DNA of 64,000 bases from Tubulanus polymorphus. Lineage: Eukaryota > Animalia > Nemertea. The stretch is taken from positions 7,327,434 through 7,391,433 of the forward strand of contig NC_134036.1 of NCBI RefSeq assembly GCF_964204645.1. The letters are read 5' to 3'. This document shows positions 1 to 11,786 of the stretch, in pieces (the stretch's first letter is position 1; each line of letters begins with the position of its first letter). Below the pieces are notes generated by a model that was given only the letters and a program-made list of their open reading frames with translations, was not told where the DNA came from and did no database searches. The position numbers and the translations under genes are program-made.

Positions 1-2165
1 TCCGGGAGCCTCCTTCAAAACGGCGGTGGTGCGCGCGTCCGTTGTCTCGTCGAGAGACGCGGACGGACTCGATAGGTCGGATACTGTGGTCGCTCGCGCG
101 TTCGTCTCCGCTCCGGCGGGGTCGGACGCTCAAAGCTTTTTCTGTTGACGAGTGCTGGCGTCGTTCGTTGTCGAGCGTCGTTCGTAAACTCTACATGGTC
201 GCGTCTCTGAGCTGGTCGCCGCCGCCGCCGCGGTGGCGTCCGGGATGTTCGATTACCTTCCACTATCCTCGATTTTCGTGCGTGTGGGGCCGCGCGTTTC
301 TGTAGTGAGGTTTTTTGTCCGCGTTCGGGAGAGTAAGTTCGCACCGATGATGGGCGCGCCGAGCAGTGAGGGTGCAATGCAATGACTCGTGCCCTAGGAG
401 TGTTCCTAAAAGGTCGTTCGCTGTGCACCGTCGAATGTACGCGTCCGACCTATACCCCCGTCCGACCTAGACCAAAGCTGTCCTGTGGGTCGGCCCGAAC
501 GCTATGGATCGAATTCCGAACGCCAAGATTTCGCGTTAGGTTGAGTTATCGAGTATCGGCTATGACCATATTGTGGACTTGCGTTCGCGCTCGTACGGTA
601 CGGCGTCTAGAATTAAGTCGTAACAATCGCGGCTCTCGTCGCAAATTGACCGAAGAAGGATCGAGCGGGGTGCGTGCTGACGGGCCGAGTCCAACTCGGG
701 CCTTCGTCGGTATGCGTAATCCGCCGTCGGGGCGTCTGGCTTCGCCGAAGTGTACGCGTTGCCTGGCAGTTCCCGTCGGTGGAAGGTCTCTTTCGCTGGT
801 CTGTCGAACGGCGTCTAAGATTAAGTCGTAACAATCGCGGCTTTGTCGCAAATTGATCTAGCGGTGCTCTGCGTGCTCGGACCCGCATAACAGGTAATAG
901 TGTCTGCGTGCTGGGTTACGGTCCCCGCGTTAACGGAGTTGGTCGCCGCGTTAACGTTACTGGCCTCCGCTTAGGCGGACCGCATCTGCGTGCTGGGGTG
1001 GCGGGCCGGTGCGCGTGGTCGGTCATCGAGAAGTGTAGATTTTTGAAAAAAATGAGGGAGTCCAGACTTAAAGGGAAGTGTAGAGCACCGAGTATCAAGG
1101 TCTCGAACGAGAACGGTTATAGTGGATTTTACTATATACGTGGAGAAGGTGCCCAGGCGGTTCGGTTTCGCGTACGCGTTCCGACTGCGTCAGTCGATCG
1201 TGGCCGGTCAACGACCGGTCCGCGGCGGCCTTCCCCGTAGGATACGCTAACTGCAAGACGCCTCGCCAGGTCGCGAAGCTACCTCCGGGAGCCTCCTTCA
1301 AAACGGCGGTGGTGCGCGCGTCCGTTGTCTCGTCGAGAGACGCGGACGGACTCGATAGGTCGGATACGGTGGTCGCTCGCGCGTTCGTCTCCGCTCCGGC
1401 GGGGTCGGACGCTCAAAGCTTTTTCTGTTGACGAGTGCTGGCGTCGTTCGTTGTCGAGCGTCGTTCGTAAACTCTACATGGTCGCGTCTCTGAGCTGGTC
1501 GCCGCCGCCGCCGCGGTGGCGTCCGGGATGTTCGATTACCTTCCACTATCCTCGATTTTCGTGCGTGTGGGGCCGCGCGTTTCTGTAGTGAGGTTTTTTG
1601 TCCGCGTTCGGGAGAGTAAGTTCGCACCGATGATGGGCGCGCCGAGCAGTGAGGGTGCAATGCAATGACTCGTGCCCTAGGAGTGTTCCTAAAAGGTCGT
1701 TCGCTGTGCACCGTCGAATGTACGCGTCCGACCTATACCCCCGTCCGACCTAGACCAAAGCTGTCCTGTGGGTCGGCCCGAACGCTATGGATCGAATTCC
1801 GAACGCCAAGTTTTCGCGTTAGGTTGAGTTATCGAGTATCGGCTATGACCATATTGTGGACTTGCGTTCGCGCTCGTACGGTACGGCGTCTAGAAATAAG
1901 TCGTAACAATCGCGGCTCTCGTCGCAAATTGACCGAAGAAGGATCGAGCGGGGTGCGTGCTGACGGGCCGAGTCCAACTCGGGCCTTCGTCGGTATGCGT
2001 AATCCGCCGTCGGGGCGTCTGGCTTCGCCGAAGTGTACGCTGGCGTTGCCTGGCAGTTCCCGTCGGTGGAAGGTCTCTTTCGCTGGTCTGCCGAACGGCG
2101 TCTAAGATTAAGTCGTAACAATCGCGGCTCTTGTCGCAAATTGATCTAGCGGTGCTCTGCGTGCA
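1..2165. repeat. GC-rich tandem duplication, period 1283 bp (one full unit plus ~880 bp of the next; may extend left of the window)
   Basis: tccgggagcctccttcaaaacggcgg occurs at 1 and 1284; ORF pairs 15/1298, 42/1325 and 382/1665 are all offset by 1283 and near-identical. An internal ~50-bp duplication lies at ~600-649 and ~808-857. Confidence 0.95.
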
Positions 2166-3309
2166 TAAAAGGTGATAGTCTCTGCGTGCTGGGTTACGGT
2201 CCCCACGTTAACGGAGTTGGTCGCCGCGTTAACGTTTATAGTCTCCGCCTAGGCGGACCGCATAAAAGGTAAAAGGTGATAGTCTCTGCGTGCTGGGTTA
2301 CGGTCCCCGCGTTAACGGAGTTGGTCGCCGCGTTAACGTTACCGGTCTCCGCTTAGGCGGACCGCATCTGCGTGCTGGGTTACGGTCCCAACGTTAACGG
2401 AGTTGGTCGCTGCGTTAACGTTATTGGTCTCCGCATCTGCGTGCTGGGTTACGGTCCCCACGTTAACGGAGTTGGTCGCCGCGTTAACGTTTATAGTCTC
2501 CGCCTAGGCGGACCGCATAAAAGGTGATAGTCTCTGCGTGCTGGGTTACGGTCCCCGCGTTAACGGAGTTGGTCGCCGCGTTAACGTTACCGGTCTCCGC
2601 TTAGGCGGACCGCATCTGCGTGCTGGGTTACGGTCCCCACGTTAACGGAGTTGGTCGCCGCGTTAACGTTTATAGTCTCCGCCTAGGCGGACCGCATAAA
2701 AGGTAAAAGGTGATAGTCTCTGCGTGCTGGGTTACGGTCCCCGCGTTAACGGAGTTGGTCGCCGCGTTAACGTTACCGGTCTCCGCTTAGGCGGACCGCA
2801 TCTGCGTGCTGGGTTACGGTCCCCACGTTAACGGAGTTGGTCGCCGCGTTAACGTTTATAGTCTCCGCCTAGGCGGACCGCATAAAAGGTAAAAGGTGAT
2901 AGTCTCTGCGTGCTGGGTTACGGTCCCCGCGTTAACGGAGTTGGTCGCCGCGTTAACGTTACCGGTCTCCGCTTAGGCGGACCGCATCTGCGTGCTGGGT
3001 TACGGTCCCAACGTTAACGGAGTTGGTCGCTGCGTTAACGTCACTGGTCTCCGCATCTGCGTGCTGGGTTACGGTCCCCAAGTTAACGGAGTTGGTCGCC
3101 GCGTTAACGTTTATAGTCTCCGCCTAGGCGGACCGCATAAAAGGTGATAGTCTCTGCGTGCTGGGTTACGGTCCCCGCGTTAACGGAGTTGGTCGCCGCG
3201 TTAACGTTACCGGTCTCCGCTTAGGCGGACCGCATCTGCGTGCTGGGTTACGGTCCCCACGTTAACGGAGTTGGTCGCTGCGTTAACGTTACTGGTCTCC
3301 GCTTAGGCG
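2165..3309. repeat. Array of 13 palindrome-rich subrepeats (units of 69, 82, 97, 104 bp)
   Basis: tgcgtgctgggttacggtccc starts at about 2183, 2287, 2369, 2438, 2535, 2617, 2721, 2803, 2907, 2989, 3058, 3155 and 3237. A single progenitor copy sits at ~885-995 inside the 1283-bp unit. Confidence 0.95.
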
Positions 3310-3511
3310 AGAACGGTCTACAGAGTCTTAACAGAGTCAGTAACTTTGCAATTTTCGAGGCTTGCCTTCTTTCTGAGAGGCGTCGAGCGGGGCTTCGGCC
3401 GAAAGCGCGTCTTGACGGCGGCGCTTTCTTCCTTTTTGATGGCGTGCGTGGCTGGCTGGCTGGCTGGCGGGCGTAGAATTCTCGGCGTAGACGGGTATCC
3501 GGTATCGAGAA

Positions 3512-3780
3512 CAATCTAACAAATTAGATAGTGTAACTGAATGCGTTTCTTTACTGAATAATTTTGATAATCTAGATCTTAAAAATTGTTTCAATTCAAA
3601 ATTAAGATTTCTTTTTGATAACTATTATCTGTTCACCATTGTCACGAGTATTCTGGGTTATAATCTGGGTGATTTTCTCTCCATTCCTTTTGATAATCTG
3701 GATTATTTGCTCGATGTTGTTTATTCATTTCTTTAACACAAGTTCTACAATGACTTTGCTTACCATCTTTCTGAGTTTTA
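3512..3780 (-). pseudogene. Remnant of a small accessory ORF (Cys-rich, HNH/endonuclease-associated type seen in Polintons and large DNA viruses)
   Basis: Manual minus-strand translation gives KTQKDGKQSHCRTCVKEMNKQHRANNPDYQKEWRENHPDY, then after a disruption NFELKQFLRSRLSKLFSKETHSVTLSNLLDCS. Family assignment is by recall only. Confidence 0.45.
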
Positions 3781-3964
3781 TCATTATAATATTCCGATTA
3801 TGATTATAATTATTATGATTATAATATTCAATTCACGTTATTATATTATTTCATTATAGTAAATATACTATTTGTAATATCAATAGTTTGTGATTGTTCC
3901 ATTTATTATACATATTTTTTACTAAAATTGATTTACATGTATAGAACCCTGTTCATTATTTCAT

Positions 3965-5980
3965 TTTCTTTATCCTCTTCCCTTTTGAACTTGAAGTATA
4001 TATATTAGATCGAATTCCAATGAACTCTATCATTTCTTCACCACCTAATTCATCCTTTAACTTCCTAGGACTTTTTTATTATCATTGTTAAACAATTCAT
4101 GATTTTTAGGGTAATAACTAAAGTCGAAATGATGTTTTGATGTTTGTAAATCATCTGTTATATTATTAGTTTTTATCTATAATATGTAAGAATCTGTATC
4201 AAAATATAAGATTTCTATAATATGCTTTTCTCCAAAATGAGGTTGTAATACGTTATAGTAAAATTCATACATTAATAATTTTGATATTTCTCAAACTGAA
4301 GCACCAACATAAATTGGTTTATTAAATTTCATAGAAGTTCTCCTCATTTTAACTGCAGCTAAATTCTCATCAAATATTCTGTTACCAATAAATTTAGGAT
4401 ATGTTTGTAAATTCCTAATTCTTTTACCATTACTAACTCAATATCAATTCTATTTCTGATATTTTCTCTGTTTGGTGTTAAAATCTATATATTTTTCTAA
4501 CCATTTAGATTGACTAAATGCAATACTTTTTTAGAATCATTCCTTAATTCAAATAGAATTTTAAAATTCTATAATCTACTACATAACTATAATACCTTCC
4601 TGAGTTACCATTAACTTTTCTGTATGAATATGATTTTCAGGTTTAATTCTTTTTTGATAATTTGATAATCCTTTTTGTGTTACAGTTTTATGTTCGGGGC
4701 AGTAAGCTAGATTTCTAGATTTAAATTTTTTATGTTCAGGATATTCCAAGTCTACAACAAAACAGTAACCAGTAAGTGAATCATCTGCAATATCTAGAAT
4801 TATTTTCTTCTAATCAAATTTATCAACATTTTCGTGCTGTAAAATTTCAGTTATTTGAAATACTCCAAAAGGCTGTGGTTCCATCATTGCCCAACCATAT
4901 AGATTATTTGCATCTATATATAGAAACTTATATCCAGGATTATCATTTACATTGAAATATGTATCACCTAATACACCTGAAATACCTCCTCTTATACATT
5001 TTTCAAATAATGATAATTGATCTATATTTGTTAATAAATCCATTTTTATAACTGTAAATTTTAAACCACAATCCCAAGTTAAACATGGACTCGAATAAGA
5101 ATGAAATGGATCAATATTGAAATATTTTAGATTTACATCTCTATACCTTTCAAATATATCAGTAAATGATAATACATCTGATTTTAAATATAAATCTACT
5201 AATTGTCCATGAGTTTTTATTTTGAAATGATTCCAAATATTCAATGTTCTATTATAAACTCCCTCTTTAACATATTCGGATCTTAATTCATCATAAAATT
5301 GTTCTTTTAATAATTCAGTTATGTTAAAATCATTATGCGATTTATAAAATGAATATGGAATCGCGCCTTTATATTTCATTAATTGAAAATCATCATTATT
5401 TGGATATTGTTGTTTTAATATTTTTAATTCATCACCAACTAATGATTTTGATAAATCATCTAATGAACTACTTAATAATGTATATGAATCTATAAATCTT
5501 AGACATCCAAATTGGAAAGATATTTAAATCTCAGATGTTTTAGCTAACATTTTAAATCTATAAGTTGGTATTTTAGCAACATCTTTTGATCTATTTGAAT
5601 TTAATCTTTCTATTTCATTATTGATTTCTTCTATTTTATAACATAGTTGCTTGATGAATAAATGAGCATCATATCCTGATAAATTATGAAATATAACTAG
5701 AACAAAATTGATTTTCTTAGCTTGTAAATTACAATTCTCATGTGCTGCACCTCTAAATTTACCATTCAAATGATCAAGATCTCTTACTATTTTATCAGAT
5801 GAATAGAATACTTGATTACAATAATTACATTTATCTGCAAAATCAAATTCTTCTTTATCTTGTTCTGTCATTATAATTTCTATATTAGTATCTAATAATT
5901 CATTGAATTTCATTTCATATTCAATTAATAAGTCACAAAACTGATTGATAACATTTTCATTTCTATAATCATAATATTCA
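3965..5980 (-). pseudogene. Protein-primed family B DNA polymerase (Polinton-type) with N-terminal endonuclease VII-like Zn motif; frameshifts, stops and an internal deletion
   Basis: Minus-strand motifs in order: CNYC...VRDLDHLNGKFRGAAHENCNL, FHNLSGYDAHLFI (ExoII), LRFIDSY, KGAIPY, YLKSDVL (ExoIII), IRGGIS, YIDANNLYGWAM (motif A), VDLEYP, YIDFNT, ENIRNRIDI, KPIYVG, YFDTDS (motif C, ~4189-4206), NKKVLG..KDE. Confidence 0.92.
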
Positions 5981-7289
5981 CTTCCCAGGCAGGGGCCGAC
6001 ATAGGGAGTGACCATGACCTTGTCTTAGCTTCAATGACTTTGAGGCTGAAGAATATACCGAACAGAAACAATGGCACGTACAAGTTCAACTTAGAGAGGC
6101 TACATACGCCTGAAGTAAAGGAAGCCTTCCAAATTGCTATTGGTGAAAGATTTGCCCCTTTGCTTGAACTAGAAGAGACTGCACAAGAACTCAGCGTGAA
6201 AGCAAGAACTGTTATACTAGAATCAGCAGAAGAGGTCATTGGTAGAAGGAAGAAGGTCAAACATCCTTGGATGACTCAACAACTACTTGCCAAGTGCGAT
6301 ACTCGCAGACTTCTCAAATCCAAGCGCTTCAATTCCCCTGAAGATGCAGAATCACATAGAAGCATCAACAAGGAGGTGAAGAAAGAAGTCAAGGACGCCA
6401 GTGGCTTGAGGGAAGATGTACCTCAAAGTCGCTGGCGGGAGTACTGATCTGATCTGTATAACTATCCGATAACAGCAGAAGCTGCAGTTATCGACGAACT
6501 CAAGAACCAGACAGCTGAGGAAAATGGAGATTCAGAACCAGTGATCTTGGAGGCTGAAGTCGAGGCAGCAGTCAAAAGCCTAAAAGCAGAAAAATCCCCT
6601 GGTGTCGACAGCATCCCAGCTGAATTACTGAGAAATGGTGGTCCCACTCTGATCAAGTTGTACACAACCATTTGCAACCAAGTTATGGCAACAGGTGAAT
6701 GACCAGAGGACTGGTGTAAGTCACTAGTGGTCCCCTCCAGAAGAAAGGAAGTGCCAGGAGATGCGAGAATTATAGAACTATAATAAGCCTGATAATCCAC
6801 CCGAGCAAGATCCTTCTTAAGGTGCTCCTCAATCGCCTACAACCGCAGGCTGAAGCCGTTCTGGCTGAAGAACAAGCTGTCTTTAGAAGAGGCAGGTCGA
6901 CCACGGAGCAGATATTATTTAACCTGAGAATTATATGCGAGAAGTATAGAGAGCTAGGAAAGCTAGTGTTCCACAGTTTTGTCGACTACAAAAAATGCTT
7001 TGATCGTGTGTGGCATGACGGACTGTGGGCAGTAATGAGGAAGTTCAACATCAGCAGAGGCATTGTCAATGCAATAGAATCTCTATACAAGGTCTCCAGG
7101 AGCATGGTCCAACTTGGAAGCGAACTGAGTGACTGTTTTCCAACATCCGTCGGTGTACGACAAGGTTGCTTACTGTCACCAACCGTCTGCAACATCTTTC
7201 TTGAGAACATCATGCAAGAGGCCCTCACCGAGCACAGTTCACCAATATCTGTTGGAGGCTGAGTCGTCGACAACCTACGCTTTGCTGAT
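5981..7289 (+). mobile_element. Truncated, decayed non-LTR retrotransposon (RTE-like LINE): APE C-terminus, linker and N-terminal part of reverse transcriptase
   Basis: GADIGSDHDLV (APE end, ~5993-6024), KSPGVDSIPAELL, EEQAVFRRGRSTTEQI, FVDYKKCFDRVWH, GVRQGCLLSP, NLRFAD (ending 7289). Several stops and frameshifts; the 3' half is missing. Confidence 0.9.
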
Positions 7290-7295
7290 AGTCCG

Positions 7296-10200
7296 AAGCA
7301 CAATTCGGTCCGAAAACGTCGTTCAGCGCGAGAAAAGACGTTTTCTCATCAACATCTCCCCGTATCGGACAAATGAAAATGACGATCCGAAAACGCACTC
7401 AAATCGACGGGAAAAGCACATTTCGGTCCGAAAACGTCGTTCAGCGCGAGAAAAGACGTTTTCTCATCAACTTCTCCCAGTATCGGAAAAATGAAAATGA
7501 CGATCCGAAAACGCGCTCGAATCGACGGGAAAAGCACATTTCGGTCAGAAAACGTCGTTCAGCGCGAGAAAAGACGTTTTCTCATCAACTTCTCCCCGTA
7601 TCGGAAAAATGAAAATGTCGACGCCCAAACGCTCTGAAATCGACGGGAAAAGCACATATCGGTCCGAAAACGTCGTACAGCGCGAGAAAAGACGTTTTCG
7701 TATCGAATATTCCCCCTATCGGAAAAACGACAATGCCGATGCGTAAAAGCGCTCAAATTGTCAGGAAAAGCACTTTTCGACGCGAAAAGGTCGTTCAGCG
7801 CGAGAAAAGACGTTTTCGTATCGAATATTCCCCCTATCGGAAAAACGACAATGCCGATGCGTAAAAGCGCTCAAATCGTCAGGAAAAGCTCTTTTCGACG
7901 CGAAAACGTCGTTCAGCGCGAGAAAAGACGTTTTCGTATCGAATATTCCCCTTATCGGAAAAACGACAATGCCGAAGCGTAAAAGCGCTCAAATCGTCAG
8001 GAAAAGCGCTTTTCTACCCGAAAACGTCGTTCAGCGGGAGAAAAGACGTTTTCTCATCAACTTTTCCCCATATCGGAAAAACGACAATGCCGATGCGTAA
8101 AAGCGCTCAAATCGTCAGGAAAAGCACTTTTTGACCCAAAAACGTCGTTCAGCACGAGAAAAGACGTTTTCGTATCGAATATTCCCCCTATCGGAAAATC
8201 GACAATGTCGATGCGTAAAAGCGCTCAAATCGTCAGGAAAAGCACTTTTCGACGCGAAAACGTCGTTCAGCGCGGGAAAGACGTTTTCTCATCAACTTCT
8301 CCCCGTATCGGAAAAATGAAAATGTCGACGCCCAAACGCTCTGAAATCGACGGGAAAAGCAAATTTCGGTCCGAAAACGTTGTTCAGCGCGAGAAAAGAC
8401 GTTTTCTCATCAACTTCTCCCCGTATCGAAAAAATGAAAATGACGAACCGAAAACGCGCTCAAATCGACGGGAAAAGCACATTTCGGTCCGAAAACGTCG
8501 TTCAGCGCGAGAAAAGACGTTTTCTCATCAACTTCTCCCCATGTCGAAAAAACGACAATGCCGATGCGTAAAAGCGCTCAAATCGTCAGTAAAAGCACTT
8601 TTCGACCCGAAAACGTCGTTCAGAGCGAGAAAAGACGTTTTCGTATCGAATAATCCCTATATCGGAAAAACGACAATGCCGATGCGTAAAAGCGCTTAAA
8701 TCGCCAGGAAAAGCACTTTTCGACGCGAAAACGTCGTTCAGCGCGAGAAAAGACGTTTTCGTATCGAATATTCCCCCTATCGGAAAAACGACAATGCCGA
8801 AACGTAAAAGCGCTCAAATCGTCAGGAAAAGCACTTTTCTACCCGAAAACGTCGTTCAGCGCGAGAAAAGACGTTTTCTCATCAACTTTTCCCCATATCG
8901 GAAAAACGACAATGCGTAAAAGCGCTCAAATCGTCAGGAAAAGCACTTTTTGACCCAAAAAACGTCGTTCAGCGCGAGAAAAGACGTTTTCGTATCGAAT
9001 ATTCCCCCTATCGGAAAATCGACAATGTCGATGCGTAAAAGCGCTCAAATCGTCAGGAAAAGCTCTTTTCGACGCGAAAACGTCGTTCAGCGCGAGAAAA
9101 GACGTTTTCTCATCAACTTCTCCCCGTATCGGAAAAATGAAAATGACGATCCGAAAACGCGCTCAAATCGACGGGAAAAGCACATTTCGGTCCGAAAACG
9201 TCGTTCAACGCGAGAAAAGATGTTTTCTCATCAACTTCTCTCCGTATCGGAAAAACGACAATGCCGATGCGTAAAAGGAATCAAATCGTCAGGAAAAGCA
9301 CTTTTCGACGCGAAAACGTCGTTCAGCGCGAGAAAAGACGTTTTCGTATCGAATATTCCTCCTATCGGAAAAACGACAATGCCGATGCGTAAAAGCGCTC
9401 AAATCGTCAGGAAAAGCACTTTTCGACGCGAAAACGTCGTTCAGCGCGAGAAAAGACGTTTTCTCATCAACTTCTCCCCGTATCGTAAAAATGAAAATGT
9501 CGACGCCCAAACGCTCTGAAATCGACGGGAAAAGCAAATTTCGGTCCGAAAACGTCGTTCAGCGGGAGAAAAGATGTTTTCTCATCAACTTCTCTCCGTA
9601 TCGGAAAAACGACAATGCCGATGCGTAAAAGCGCTCAAATCGTCAGGAAAAGCACTTTTCGACGCGAAAACGTCGTTCAGCGCGAGAAAAGACGTTTTCT
9701 CATCAACTTCGCCCCGTATCGGAAAATCGACAATGTCGATGCGTAAAAGCGCTCAAATCGTCAGGAAAAGCACTTTTCGACGCAAAAACGTCGTTCAGCG
9801 CGAGAAAAGACGTTTTCTCATCAACTTCTCTCCGTATCGGAAAAACGACAATGCCGATGCGTAAAAGCGCTCAAATCGTCAGGAAAAGCACTTTTCGACG
9901 CGAAAACGTCGTTCAGCGCGAGAAAAGACGTTTTCTCATCAACTTCTCCCCGTATCGGAAAAATGAAAATGACAATCCGAAAACGCGCTCAATTCGACGG
10001 GAAAAGCACATTTCGGTCCGAAAACGTCGTTCAGCGCGAGAAAAGACGTTTTCTCATCAACTTCTCCCCGTATCGGAAAAATGAAAATGTCGACGCCCAA
10101 ACGCTCTGAAATCGACGGGAAAAGCACATTTCGGTCCGAAAACGTCGTTCAGCGCGAGAAAAGATGTTTTCTCATCTACTTCTCTCCGTATCGGAAAAAC

Positions 10201-11786
10201 TACAATGCCGATGCGTAAAAGCGCTCAAATCGTCAGGAAAAGCTCTTTTCGACGCGAAAACGTCGTTCAGCGCGAGAAAAGACGTTTTCTCATCAACTTC
10301 TCCCCGTATCGGAAAAACGACAATGCCGATGCGTAAAAGCGCTCAAATCGTCAGGAAAAGCACTTTTCGCGTCGAAAACGTCGTTCAGCGCGAGAAAAGA
10401 CGTTTTCTCATCAACTTCTCCCCGTATCGGAAAATCGACAATGCCGATATGTAAAAGCGCTCAAATCGTCAGAAAAAGCACTTTTCGACCCGAAAACGTC
10501 GTTCAGCGCGAGAAAAGACGTTTTCGTATCGAATATTCCCCCTATCGGAAAAACGACAATGCCGATGCGTAAAAGCGCTCAAATCGTCAGGAAAAGCACT
10601 TTTCCACCCAAAAACGTCGTTCAGTGCGAGAAAAGACGTTTTCGTATCGAATATTCCCCCTATCGGAAAAACGACGATGCCGATGCGTAAAAGCGCTCAA
10701 TTCGTCAGTAAAAGCACTTTTCGACCCGAAAACGTCGTTCAGCCCGAGAAAAGACGTTTTCGTATCGAATATTCCCCCTATCGGAAAAACGACAATGCCG
10801 ATGCGTAAAAGCGCTCAAATCGTCAGGAAAAGCACTTTTCGACGCTAAAACGTCGTTCAGCGCGAGAAAAGACGTTTTCTCATCAACTTCTCCCCGTATC
10901 GGAAAATCGACAATGCCGATGCGTAAAAGCGCTCAAATCGTCAGAAAAAGCACTTTTCGACCCGAAAACGTCGTTCACCGCGAGAAAAGACGTTTTCGTA
11001 TCGAATATTCCCCGAATCGGAAAAACGACAATGCCGATGCGTAAAAGCGCTCAATTCGTCAGTAAAAGCACTTTTTGACCCGAAAACGTCGTTCAGCCCG
11101 AGAAAAGACGTTTTCGTATCGAATATTCCCCCTATCGGAAAAACGACAATGCCGATGCGTAAAAGCGCTCAAATCGTCAGGAAAAGCACTTTTCGACGCG
11201 AAAACGTCGTTCAGCGCGAGAAAAGACGTTTTCTCATCAACTTCTCCCCGTATCGGAAAAACGACAATGCCGATGCGTAAAAGCGCTCAAATCGACGGGA
11301 AAAGCACATTTCGGTCCGAAAACGTCGTTCAGCGCGAGAAAAGACGTTTTCTCATCAACTTCTCCCCGTATCGGAAAAATGAAAATGTCGACGCCCAAAC
11401 GCTCTGAAATCGACGGGAAAAGCACATTTCGGTCTGAAAACGTCGTTCAGCGCGAGAAAAGATGTTTCCTCATCAACTTCTCACCGTATCGGAAAAACGA
11501 CAATGCCGATGCGTAAAAGCGCTCAAATCGTCAGGAAAAGCTCTTTTCGACGCGAAAACGTCGTTCAGCGCGAGAAAAGACGTTTTCTCATCAACTTCTC
11601 TCCGTATCGGAAAAACGACAATGCCGATGCGTAAAAGCGCTCAAATCGTCAGGAAAAGCACTTTTCGACCCGAAAACGTCATTCAGCCCGAGAAAAGACG
11701 TTTTCTCATCAACTTCTCCCCGTATCGGAAAAATGAAAATGACGATCCGAAAACGCGCTCAAATCGACGGGAAAAGCACATTTCGG
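7296..11786. repeat. 118-bp tandem satellite, ~38 copies, A-tract and dyad rich, modular variants
   Basis: aaaacgtcgttcagcgcgagaaaagacgttttc recurs every 118 bp (7313, 7431, ...). Alternative middle modules (tcatcaacttctccccg / gtatcgaatattcccc) and alternative right modules are seen. Confidence 0.97.

Larger units (their letters stand above)
3512..5980 (-). mobile_element. Degenerate Polinton/Maverick-like (endogenous pPolB virus-like) fragment
   Basis: Abrupt switch to very AT-rich DNA containing a pPolB pseudogene and an accessory ORF remnant on the same strand. No TIR, integrase or capsid gene is visible. Confidence 0.8.

Noticed and set aside
615-626. AAGTCGTAACAA, identical to the conserved SSU rRNA 3' motif (also at 823 and in the second unit)
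   Set aside because: Only 12 bp; not followed by GGT...GGATCA and no surrounding rRNA similarity.
15-2139. Arg/Pro-rich ORFs in the 1283-bp unit
   Set aside because: GC-rich non-coding composition, no domains, and frame-disrupting differences between the two copies.
2165-3309. CRISPR array or twister ribozyme interpretation of the palindromic subrepeats
   Set aside because: No unique spacers or cas genes; GGTTAC/GGTCCC are not followed by the twister AAGCCC element.
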